DNA from: Laetmonice hystrix
Taxonomy: Eukaryota
Direction of reading: 5' to 3'
NCBI GenBank assembly: GCA_965235115.1
Contig: OZ249447.1
Coordinates: 25,172,001-25,236,000, forward strand
DNA: 64,000 nucleotides
The notes beneath the pieces were generated by a model. The model saw only the letters and a program-made list of their open reading frames with translations. It was not told the origin of the DNA and did no database searches. The position numbers and the translations under genes are program-made. Every line of letters begins with the position of its first letter. Within the stretch, counting starts at the first letter, position 1. Below are positions 27,801 to 39,800 of this stretch, piece by piece.

Positions 27801-30800
27801 ATCTAATCAATGCAATCCGGCGGGGCATGCCCCTCAAATCACAGTGTATCTAATCAATGCAATCCGGCGGGGATGTGCCCCTCAAATCACAGTGTATCTA
27901 ATCAATGCAATCCGGCGGGGCATGCCCCTCAAATCACAGTGTATCTAATCAATGCAATCCGGCGGGGATGTGCCCCTCAAATCAGAGTGTATCTAATCAA
28001 TGCAATCCGGCAGGGCATGCCCCTCAAATCACACTGTATTTAATCAATGCAATCCGGCGGGGATGTGCCCCTCAAATCAGAGTGTATCTATTAGATGCGA
28101 TCCGGCTGGGACATATCCCACAAATCATAGTATATCTCATAGATGCAATCTGGAAGAGGCTTGGCCCTCAAATGAGAGTGTATCTAATCAATGCATTCCG
28201 GCGGGGACATGCCCCTCAAATCACAGACTGTGGAACTTATATAAATGTATGTGTGTATCTCATAGATGCACGCTATCGGATGCCCATAAACTGATCAGAT
28301 GCAGATGATCTGATGATCTGACAATGATTACAGCACGGTTCCATGGAATGGTTGGGGGGGGGGGTACCAAGTGTATATTTCTTGGCTGATATCCTACCAT
28401 CGACTACCACGATAACCACCACGGTACCTGTTGCTGACTGGTGCGAAGTGCAGGCAGGCCTTATCTGGCCATGTTTGTAGATGGCAGCAGATCCATCCAC
28501 TTGAGCGGGGATCCCTTATTTGGAGAAAGACGCGTTGCCATGTCAACTAGAGTCCATGGCTGGGAGTCGTTCAATATGAACACGTTTCTCAGTGTGGAAC
28601 CCATCCGAGGGCCACAACCAGACATGGTTCAGGTGTTAAAAAGCAAACGAGTTGGGCTGAATTCTATATTAACTTTTGTGGGATCCAACAAGATATTATA
28701 ATGGTGTGCCAGTCAGTCCGGGACGGCTACGAGTCCAGGTACGCGCTGTTCCCAGGTGGGATATCGTTGAGGGGACACTGTTGATTTGATTTGTTGTGTG
28801 ACGTGCTGTTCCCAGGTGGGATATTGTTGAGGGGATACTGTTGATTTGATTTGTTGTGTGATGCGCTGTTCCCAGGTGGGATATTGTTGAGGGGATACTG
28901 TTGATTTGATTTGTTGTGTGACGCGCTGTTCCCAGGTGGGATATTGTTGAGGGGATAAGGTTGATTTGATTTGTTGTGTGACGCACTGTTCCTAGGTGGG
29001 ATATTGTTGAGGGGGTACTGTTGATTTGATTTGTTGTGTGACACGCTGTTCCTAGGTGGGATATTGTTGAGGGGACACTTGATTTTTTGTGTGTGACGCG
29101 CTGTTCCTAGGTGGGATATTGTTGATTTGATTTGTTGTGTGACGCGCTGTTCCCAGGTGGGATATTGTTGAGGGGATACTGTTGATTTGGTTTGTTGTGT
29201 GACGCGCTGTTCCCAGGTGGGATATTGTTGAGGGGATATTGTTGATTTGATTAGTTGTGTGACGCGCTGTTCCCAGGTGGGATATTGTTGAGGGGATTCT
29301 GTTGAGTTGATTTGTTGTGAGACGCGCTGTTCCCAGGTGGGATATTGTTGAGGGGACACTGTTGAGTTGATTTGTTGTGAGACGCGCTGTTCCTAGGTGG
29401 GATATTGTTGAGGGGACACTGTTGATTTAATTTGTTGTGATGTGGTTTGATTTGTTTGTATTTGTACAGGGACCCACGTTATGGAAGGAAGCGGTAAGAT
29501 GGTCGTGGTGGCGGTGGGTGTCAACTCTCAGGCCGGTATCATCTTTGAGCTGCTCGGGGCGACGGCCGAGTCCAAGGATAAGAATGAGAAGAAGAAGAAT
29601 AAGGATGATGGTAAGTCTGGGCAAGCACTGGTGGAAGGGGGTGGGGGACAGGGGTGAGGTGAAGGACAATGGATTGTATGTATCTTGTGCCCAAGTTTTT
29701 TTAAACTTGTTTGTGCATGAGGGTAAACTAATCGCTTTGAGCGGCGGGCTGAGCGGTAAGCGTGGGAGCAAGAACGTAAGTTTTGGAAAGCTGGTGATAG
29801 TGAGACGACCTGTCCTTTCTTTAACCCGCCCCTTAATTATTCACTTAAACCCCAAATAAAATCTGCTTCCTTTGTGATGGGTTACTCCTGAGTGACGGAC
29901 AAACTCGCCAATCATGATTTCTGTTCATGCTGCTACTAACAGGACCACAACCGACAACACCACGTAAGTAGGACTAACCTCTCCCGACTCTCCCGATTCG
30001 CATGACTCTCCCGACTCCACAGTGAACGAATCTTAGGATGTTTCTGTGTTGCCCAATTATGAAATTACACTGACAACAAAAACGTGTTGCATTTCACGAA
30101 CTGAAACTTAAAAAATACACATTCAAGGCGGCCGATTAGAATCTTTTACAACATCTATCACATTGTGGAAGTCGTAAAAAAATAATGTTACAATACTATA
30201 TATACTGTTAATTTCTAAGGACATATTCCAGTTGGACTATTCGTTGTTATTGATTTAATTTATTTTGTATGCGTAGGCACTGAGCGTGCTGTTATTAATT
30301 AAGAGGGATGAAAGAAAAAGGCATGTACATGCGCTTAGGTAAAACACTGTAAACCAACTTATTTCATACAGCGGTCAAAATTCAGTCACGAATTTTAAGA
30401 AATGAGTGCAATAAGGCAATGTGTGTGAGGCCATATCCATAAGTTATAGTCTGCTTATAATTAGGTTGATGTCAATTATTAAATCAGACAGCAGATAGGT
30501 GTAAAAACACGTCAACGTATCATTACATTCTTCAGCCATGAATCATGTTCAGCGGATAACTTTGAACATTCTAATTCATTTTAATTGCATTCACTCTACC
30601 ATCTGTATAATCGAACCGAGAAATCTTGGTCGAGTCGGAAACGCCGTCTGCAGAATATGAAAATTGAACTGAGCAGGTCCACAGAGTGGAGTCAGTGGGA
30701 ATGAGTACAATGACGAGTTGTAATCAGGTCCAGTTTAGTTCTGCTTCAGTTTCGTTGAAATTGTTACGGTCTGATTGTCAGGGATGTAGATGATTGTATA

Positions 30801-33800
30801 ACATCAGGGTTATATTGTATCAAAGATGGGTGATATTGTAGTGTATCGTATCAGTTAGGGGTGGTATTGTTCTTTATGGATCCCTAATGTTGCGGATCAT
30901 AGGGTCCTATCACAAGTACATGTGTTAGTATGTCAGAGGCTGCAGTTATGGGTTTCTTATTAAGTGGTCAAACATACAGGATGTAAGATATTCATTATGG
31001 AACTGAACATTTGTGCGTTCGGCTTGCGTTCGAGTCAGAAGCCCTCTGTCATTAGATTTTTAGAATCCGAGGGTTAGCAAAATTGACGGAACGTTGAAAA
31101 TTAGAGTGCACATTTGCAGCGTGTAGGTGGCCTGCTTTTATTTGTATGAAACTTGTGATGGCAAAAATAAGTTGGTTTACAGTACTGTACTTGCTGAAAT
31201 GTCTTAATTCTAGCGTCCGTGGGCCCTTTTTGCCGAAGTACTCATGAATGGTCTACCCCTGTCCGTGGTTATACGTAGGCTAGCCAATTTTCAATGTTTT
31301 TTCCATTTTTTCTCTTCGTTACTAGTACTAGCTAGCGACGTTGATGCCAAGCCGGGTGCGTTTCAAAATGGTTCCAGATGCAGTTCGTCAACGCTTGCTT
31401 TTCGTCTTTTGTCGTCGTTTCGTTGCTCTGTGTGCATGCGGCTGGGCTTGCCTCTTTCTACGGCCGACGAGCTTCAACCCAGTTGTAGTCTACAGGATGC
31501 TTATGTAACCTTACAAATTTACAATAGGGATCGTTTTGGATAAGGTCGCTGAAATTCGACCTTTGGAATTCTAGACGTTGAAATTGAACGTGTGGCTGTG
31601 GAATTTTGAGTAGGCTGTTTGGACTATAAGTATGGCTATGGAGTCGACTACACAAATTTACGGTTCTGGTTTAGAGAGTCAGTACAGCAACATGCATGCC
31701 GGAACACAGTTCTGCACATTTAGATGTTCCACATCATGTACCGTTGGAACACAGTTCTGCACATTTAGATGTTCCACATCATGTACAGCCGGAACACAGT
31801 TCTGCACATTTAGATGTTCCACATTATGGACAAACACCGACACCTTTTTCTGTACATCTTGAAGAGCAACTCCCTGAGAGCTTAAGTGCACATTTAGAGA
31901 GCCCATAAACTTTTTCTCTCTCTCCCTCTCTGTCTCAAATTCAGTATATTGCCCAGATTCTAAAACTTCGCAGTGCCATAGTACGTGTGGTTCCGGTTCC
32001 TCTTTGCTTAACCCCCAGTCGTGGATGTAGGCTCTCTCGTTCTCTCTCTTTCCGACTCTCTCCTGTCATCTCATCTCTGTGGCTGGTCAGGCTGGACCGG
32101 TCGATCAGAACACGTCGATAGCAACCTGGCTGCAGACCGCGCTGTTGTGCATGTTGGGTCCATAGACATTATGCTTTCCTACTCCTGAACTCTCTGTCGC
32201 CGAGTCTTCGCTTGTATCCATGTTTACAGGTCTTTATGAAACCAGTCTTCATGCTACCATATCTTCATACTGCCGGGTTTTTGTTAACCAGCTTTGACGG
32301 TTCCTGAGTTGCGCCTAAAGAAAACACGTTAGGGCTGTTGGGAGGAATAAAATGAAACTTAGGCTGGAGTCTATTCGGCTTACTAAAGAAAACAGAAATA
32401 CTGCCCCCCCCCCCCAAAAAAAAAAAAAAAAAAAACAACGACAGGAAACCACTTGATGTTGGCATGGCCTTTTGGCAGCTGTTGATGTCACCGCACCAGT
32501 ATGTTCGTTTTAAGAAGAGATCCCATTCTTATATTGGTTGGTGGTTTGGTTTCAGTGTGCTTGGGTCTGTTGATCCTTGTCCCTTTACCTATATTACCGT
32601 GCATTCCCCCTCCCGTGTTATTCTATAACATATCCAAAATGGCAAATAAAATGAAAGTTTGGTCATGGAGCGCTTTTGTGCCTTGGCCCAAATGTATATG
32701 TTCAGGAGGATAGCCGTCATATTTATCCATGCGTTGTCGCTGTGGCTTTGGTTGCCGCTGTGAGCTAAACATGCATTGGTGTATTTGATGGCAGCAACGT
32801 GGCTCCAAGATTTCGTGATTTCTTTAATGGTGTGTCTCGTATGGATCGGTTTTGTTTATATATCTATTATTTGATTTTTTTATTTATGAATGTGCTACTC
32901 GGTGCTACTACTTTCTTTTCTCTCGAAGATAGTTCAATAATATTGAGGTACTTTTTCGTTAAACGGAGTCTGTGAATATATTATGCTCAAATTGGAGTAA
33001 AATGCCGAATACTGAGGTTTTGAATATAACAGTGCGGTTATACTGGCCCTGGTCGAGCTGTCGCTGGTCCTGTCGGCAGGACGTCATTGTGAGGCACCAG
33101 TATGAACCATTGACGGTGTTAGTTTAACCCAGCCAACCTAAAGCGACGTGTTATCGCAGTCGGTCGCCGCCTCCACAGCAGAAACTGGCCGTATTTGTGC
33201 AGGGGATGAGTTGTGTTTTCTGTCCAAACCTCATCGTCACCGGCCAGCCCCCGGTCGTCCACAGTGTTAGTGATTACCACCACTTCACACGGTTCACTCG
33301 GCCGGGCGGCCTTCAAGTACCACTGCCATATATATTGGCCATATGCTTTAAGTGATGTATAGTGGGTGGGTGCGGGGGGGGGGAGCTCGTGCTGACACCT
33401 GGTAGTGTATTCAGGTATTAAGTGGATGCGCGTTGTTGAAGAGCTGAACTTTGTCCGGTTAAGGATTCATTCAGTGTTTGAGATTTGACGTTTCTACGGC
33501 CTTTTTTGTTTTGTGTTCGTTCGCAAGTGAGGTTATTGATCTGTGTGATAGAAAAACGTCGGTATTTTGGACGTGGGTGTATGTAAGGATATAGCGATCT
33601 AGAGACGGTGTGTATTTTGTGCGAGTGGCTTGTCGTGTGTGTGACTGTGGTTGGAAGTACACGGGCTTACAGTGTAATACACTGACTGTTGGATACACAG
33701 CACTGCATTTGGTGATATCGTAAACTTACAGCGACGAATGGTTGGCCGCTCAGTTAATAACGATGATCATTATTGACTGTGTGATCCGTTAATTTTATCG

Positions 33801-36800
33801 CTATTAACGATGATCTTACGAGCGGGTACCACAAAGTTATTACAGCTCTAGGAAGGTAAATTTCTAGTTGCCGTCCTTCAATGTAGGCGGTGCTATTGCA
33901 TACCTACCTGGTAACGGAAACAACCTGACTAACTTTCCGACAAAACAAAGTTATAAAACAGTCTTTACGCCTATTATCAGAGTAAGGCAGTCCATTCTTT
34001 CGTCACACGGACCTACTGCTTGTTAGATTGTGTGTTTGATTGCACCTACCATGGAAACACACAGTGCCCAGTGCTGCAATCATACATGAACATTCCTATT
34101 GGAAAAACAGATCTTTACATACGTTCATATTTTTTTATAATCAATTTTTTAATTCGACTCTTTTAGACGCACTGTGTTGAGACTTCCTGAGCTTCTGCGT
34201 TTCAATGTCCAATGTTACATTCACCCACCTTCCCTATCGCTTCAATAAGGACCCCCCCTCTGCTGAGTGTTTCACCCTATGTCATGTCGTATTAAATATT
34301 TCACACGATCATGATGTTGTATGGCCTATTTCAGATGTCGACGTTAACGTGAAATTAGACGTTATCAAGTTAGACTGTTGTCCAAAACACTCATGACAAA
34401 ATTATGTAATGTCGAGACAGGACCACCTTTGTGACATATTATTCATTGAGTAATAGAAACCGGGTATTATTATTTGTTCCGTTGATTATAGAGATACTTC
34501 AATGATATTGTTTTGTACAGGTATATATCTTCAGCGTTGACAGTAACAGAATTTACCGATGGTGGATCAGTTTTGCAATGTTTACCGTACACTGATTGGG
34601 ACATTAAGAAACAAAATCGCAGTCTGCATCCTCCATTCTACAATATACCACATCTGCAGTTGTGTTCACTGACTTTTGAGTTGAAACCTTGAAGAACATG
34701 TACTTGTTTTTAATGATGTAGCAGTGTATTGGAATGCCTGAAGTAGACAGCATGTGGTCCGATTATTTAACAATATATAACTGAAGCAGAGAGAAAGAAG
34801 CACTACTCCAAGTTGCCGACCCAGGAGGTCTCTGGTCTGTCTCCATGTGCCATGGGTTAGAACCGTTTCCCGCCATTGTAAAAGCCGCTCTCTGCCTCCA
34901 GTTGCTGATGCGGAGTCCGGGGGTCCCATATACAAGATGAACACCCATAACACGTCCAGGAAGGAGGCTCCGCTGGCCAAGCCCGAAGACGTGAAGCTCA
35001 AGAATAAGAAGAAAGCCGCCGAGGGCGAGGCGAAGCCCGAAGAGGGGCAGCCCGAAGAGAAAAAACCCAGCGGCCTTGGTCGCAAGGAAAAGTCTGTGTT
35101 ACAGGCCAAACTCACCAAGCTCGCCATCCAAATTGGCTATGCAGGTCAGACCCCCCATTGGTTTACTTGAAATGCTATGCAGGTCAGACCCACATTGGTT
35201 TATTGAAATGCTATGCAGGTCAGACGCCAAATCACTTGTCCTAGACAAAACAAGTGATAGAAACATTATGTGTGTTAAAAAGTTTGACTTTGTTACATGA
35301 TGTGAAAGAGTTGTCTCATAGCCTGACGTGAATATGTAGTTTTTAGCGTGTTTGTTTATTTATTCCAGGTACTGGGGTAGCAGTCTTGACAGTGCTCATC
35401 CTCATTATCCGCTTTTCCGTGGAGACATTCGTCATCAAGAAAAAACGCTGGTCCATGGTGTATTTCCAGCACTTTGTCAAATTCTTCATTATTGGTGTCA
35501 CCGTGCTCGTTGTAGCTGTCCCTGAAGGTCTTCCATTGGCCGTTACACTGGCCTTGGCTTATTCTGTTAGAGTAAGTAGCACATTTATATTCATCAATCT
35601 TCTTAGAAATGGAACGGTATTGAAAAGTGTCATAAATGTACTCATGTCAGTTCTTCGGCATCAAAGAATCAATGGGCAGGAGTCAAAATAGGTGTGACTA
35701 CATGATCACAGAGTTTCACCTACAGAAATAACCACTGAGCTTGAATTTGTGAAAATTATAGAAACACTGATGCTGGAAAAGAGATGTTGTCGTTTTCAGA
35801 AAATGATGCACGATAATAACTTGGTCCGGCATTTGGATGCATGTGAGACAATGGGTAATGCCACAGCCATTTGCTCCGACAAGACGGGCACCCTGACGAC
35901 CAACCGTATGACGGTCGTCCAGAGCTATATAGCAGGTACGAAAACCCTTTTTGGTGGGGGGAGGGGGTGTTAAGGTTCGATCATATTAAAACAGTTGCTA
36001 GAAATTTGTGATCAGTCATGGCATATATCCAAAACTAATGTGAATGAAGAAACAGTGAAAAATAGATCTAAAGTCAGTTACTACGATGACTGATGTAAAA
36101 CGAATATGAACATAGCACATGTGTAATAGGAAATCGACATAATATCTACTCACTACACCGCTGTTTCTGGTACATCGCCCCTGATAACTTAAACCCCACG
36201 AAATTTGGTCGAAAGTAAAGATCCATAGCCCTGACCTTATCCTTAACCCCTGTCCCTAAACCTCACAAAAACATATCCCTGTACCTGACCTTCACCCGAA
36301 CCCCTGCCCAGAGATTCTGTGGGTTACGATGGGGGGATAACCCTGTGGCTGACAGCTTACGTGTGTTAATGTTTCTGTTCGACCCTCAAGGAAAGCACTA
36401 CATTACGACGCCCAATCATACTGATATTCCCGAGGGTCTGTGTGATCTACTCGTCCGTGCCATAGCCATCAACAGCGGGTATACATCCCGTGTAATGGTA
36501 CGTTTATCTCACTTTCATAACACACACACTCATTTTAATTTACAACAGAATTTTTAGCATGTCCCTCCTACATTACCAGTCCAAACTTTACACCTCTTGA
36601 CTTTCATTAAACCTTCGCAGTAATGTTGGCTATCCTTATTTGGACGGTTGTAAAGTATAAATTATCCTTGCGACCCGCCATGCCAAGACAGTCCTAGTAA
36701 TTCTGCATGTAAATATGTTGGCCACCATCAGTTTAGGAAAAAGAAGGTAGGTGATTCCCTTGCATGCCAAGGTGTCAAACAGGGTGTCCGTGTCCACCTA

Positions 36801-39800
36801 CACTTAGTACCAAACCAGCTACAACAACCTTGGCACTGTCATCTGCTGTTGTACTTTTTTTTTACTTAGTTTCTCTTGTTTCCACACACACCTGACAGTG
36901 TATATTTAGCTTATTGTTATAATATATGACCAAAAGATCCTGTATTCATGTCAGTTACCATTGTTATTATGTTTACGAATATAGGATTGTTGTATCCCTG
37001 AGTGTTGTTGCCAGAGCGATGTATACCTACAGAGATTTAGATGCTTAAAAACCCATGTGGAAATTATCCCACCCCCTAAAAAAAAGTCGCAATGAGAAGT
37101 ACATTGTATATGATCAATTCGTTGTATTGCAAACAGGCTTCGAATTTATGGATTTTACAAGTTTTTACAACATTTACAAGTCATTTTGTCATTAGAACAC
37201 ATTGAAAAGCACAAGGCATTTTGTTTGCTTTGAAAAAGAAAAGACATCTTTGAATGCACAAAACCTTAAATTTGCAGCCTGATTATGTATTGTCTATAGA
37301 CAGGGTTCCCAGCCACTCTGGAAATCAGGGGAAATCTTGAAATTGGCGTTCCATTTTTCCAGTCAGGGAAAAATCAGGGAATTGGGGAAAAACATAAAAT
37401 CAGGGGAAACTCAGGGAATTTGACAGTGACCAAGATGGGAAAGGTATCAGTTAATTCAATTTGGTGGGTCCATCTTTAGTGTGTCCGAAGTTGTATCCAT
37501 TGACTAATTTGTTTCGAAGAGTGCGAGGAATACACCTGTCCAGACCATTATAATCGGTTATGCTACCTATAAAACACAAAATATTTCTCATGGAGTTTTG
37601 GAAATTTCTCAGAGAATTCTCAGGGAATTTGATTTTCACAAAAGGCTGGCAACCCTGATAGAGCCAACATAGAGGTGTAATTACTATGTAAGGAGATTAA
37701 ATGTTGTAGTAATGTCATTTTATGTTTTTCCTCCACAGGAACCTGAAAATCGAGGGGAACTGCCCAAGCAGGTGGGCAATAAGACTGAGTGTTCTCTCCT
37801 TGGGTTTGTGCTGGACATTGGAAAGTGCTACGAAACTGTGCGTGAAGAAATGCCAGAAGATCGCATGCACAAAGTGTATACGTTTAACTCAGTGCGTAAG
37901 TCCATGTCGACAGTCATTCCCCGAGAAGGAGGTGGATACAGGCTCTTCACAAAGGGTGCATCAGAGATTGTCCTTAAGAAGTAAGTTAAGTTACCAGTTT
38001 ACAGAAAGAAAGTTAAGTTACCATTTTTAGAGAGAAAAAAATTATGAGAACGCCAATTCTGTGAGATTAATTTGTTGTTAGCTGAATAGAATTCGGGAGT
38101 TGAATATCTTTCAGATGAAGAGTTTCTGGCAGAAAATGTGACATGTTGATATCGTTGATATGAAAGTTTAACGATTGTGTTTGATTTCAGGTGCACTTGG
38201 ATCCTCGGCAGGGAGGGGCCCCCACGGCCGTTCTCAACTCATGACCAGGAGGCCATGGTCACTAACGTGATCGAACCCATGGCGTGTAATGGTTTACGAA
38301 CCATCTGTGTCGCTTACAAAGACTTCGTTCCTGGAGGTAGGTGCCAGGGACTAGGCGGTCTCGAGATCAGCAGTCATTTGTCAGTTAAAACTGAAACCTA
38401 ACCCAAGATTTACTCCGTGATGTTAATAGGAAATTCTCACCTTGAACGCACTTTTCGTTGAAAATTGAACCTCCTTGGAAATTGGCGGAAAAAATAGAGC
38501 ACGGTCTGTCCTAGGTTGATGCAGTGATGTTATAAAAAAAACAGGCCACAACATTTTCTTTGCCGACAGTGTCCTATCCGCGCTAAATGCGCCAGTTATA
38601 AGAAGTTTGTGGATTGGATACGATAGTTTAATGTACACTTGTGTGTCCTGCAGGCGACCTGAGTCCCAATGATGAGAATATGGACAGCGAACCCAACTGG
38701 GACGACGAGGATAACATCGTCTCTCGGTTGACATGTATTGCAGTTGTAGGAATTGAGGATCCAGTACGGCCAGAGGTAAGTCTGCCCTGGTCATTCTGTA
38801 TATTATATACCCCCTGCATCTCACGACTCTTCACAATGTCAGAGTGGCAAGAGTTGGAAATGGTGTTCAGGGGATCATTTTGGTTTGCCCTGATTGGGTG
38901 GTTGCCTTAGGAAGCCCAGAATGGTGTCCCTGATTGGGTGGTTGCCTTAGGAAGCCCTGAATGGTGTCCCTGATTGGGTGGTTGCCTTAGGAAGCCCAGA
39001 ATGGTGTCCCTGATTGGGTGGTTCCCTTAGGAAGCCCAGAATGGTGTCCCTGATTGGGTGGTTGCCTAAGGAAGCCCTGAATGGTGTCCCTGATTGGGTG
39101 GTTGCCTTAGGAAGCCCAGAATGGTGTCCCTGATTGGGTGGTTGCCTTAGGAAGCCCTGAATGGTGTCCCTGATTGGGTGGTTGCCTTAGGAAGCTCTGA
39201 ATGGTGTCCCTGATTGGGTGGTTGCCTTAGGAAGCTCTGAATGGTGTCCCTGATTGGGTGGTTGCCTTAGGAAGCCCTGAATGGTGTCCCTGATTGGGTG
39301 GTTGCCTTAGGAAGCTCTGAATGGTGTCCCTGATTGGGTGGTTGCCTTAGGAAGCTCTGAATGGTGTCCCTGATTGGGTGGTTGCCTTAGGAAGCCCTGA
39401 ATGGTGTCCCTGATTGGGTGGTTCCCTTGGTTTAGGAAGCCCTGAATGGTGTCCCTGATTGGGTGGTTCCCTTAGGAAGCCCAGAATGGTGTCCCTGATT
39501 GGGTGGTTCCCTTAGGAAGCCCTGAATGGTGTCCCTGATTGGGTGGTTCCCTTAGGAAGCCCTGAATGATGTCCCTGATTGGGTGGTTCCCTTGGCTTAG
39601 GAAGCCCTGAATGGTGTCCCTGATTGGGTGGTTCCCTTAGGAAGCCCTGAATGGTGTCCCTGAATGGGTGGTTCCCTTAGGAAGCCCTGAATGGTGTCCC
39701 TGATTGGGTGGTTCCCTTAGGAAGCTCTGAATGGTGGCCCTGATTGGGTGGTTCCCTTAGGAAGCCCTGAATGGTGTCCCTGATTGGGTGGTTCCCTTAG

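Noticed and set aside
32091-32190. Strong pyrimidine tract and AG at 32090 as another site A exon
   Set aside because: No credible phase 1 donor before the in-frame stop.
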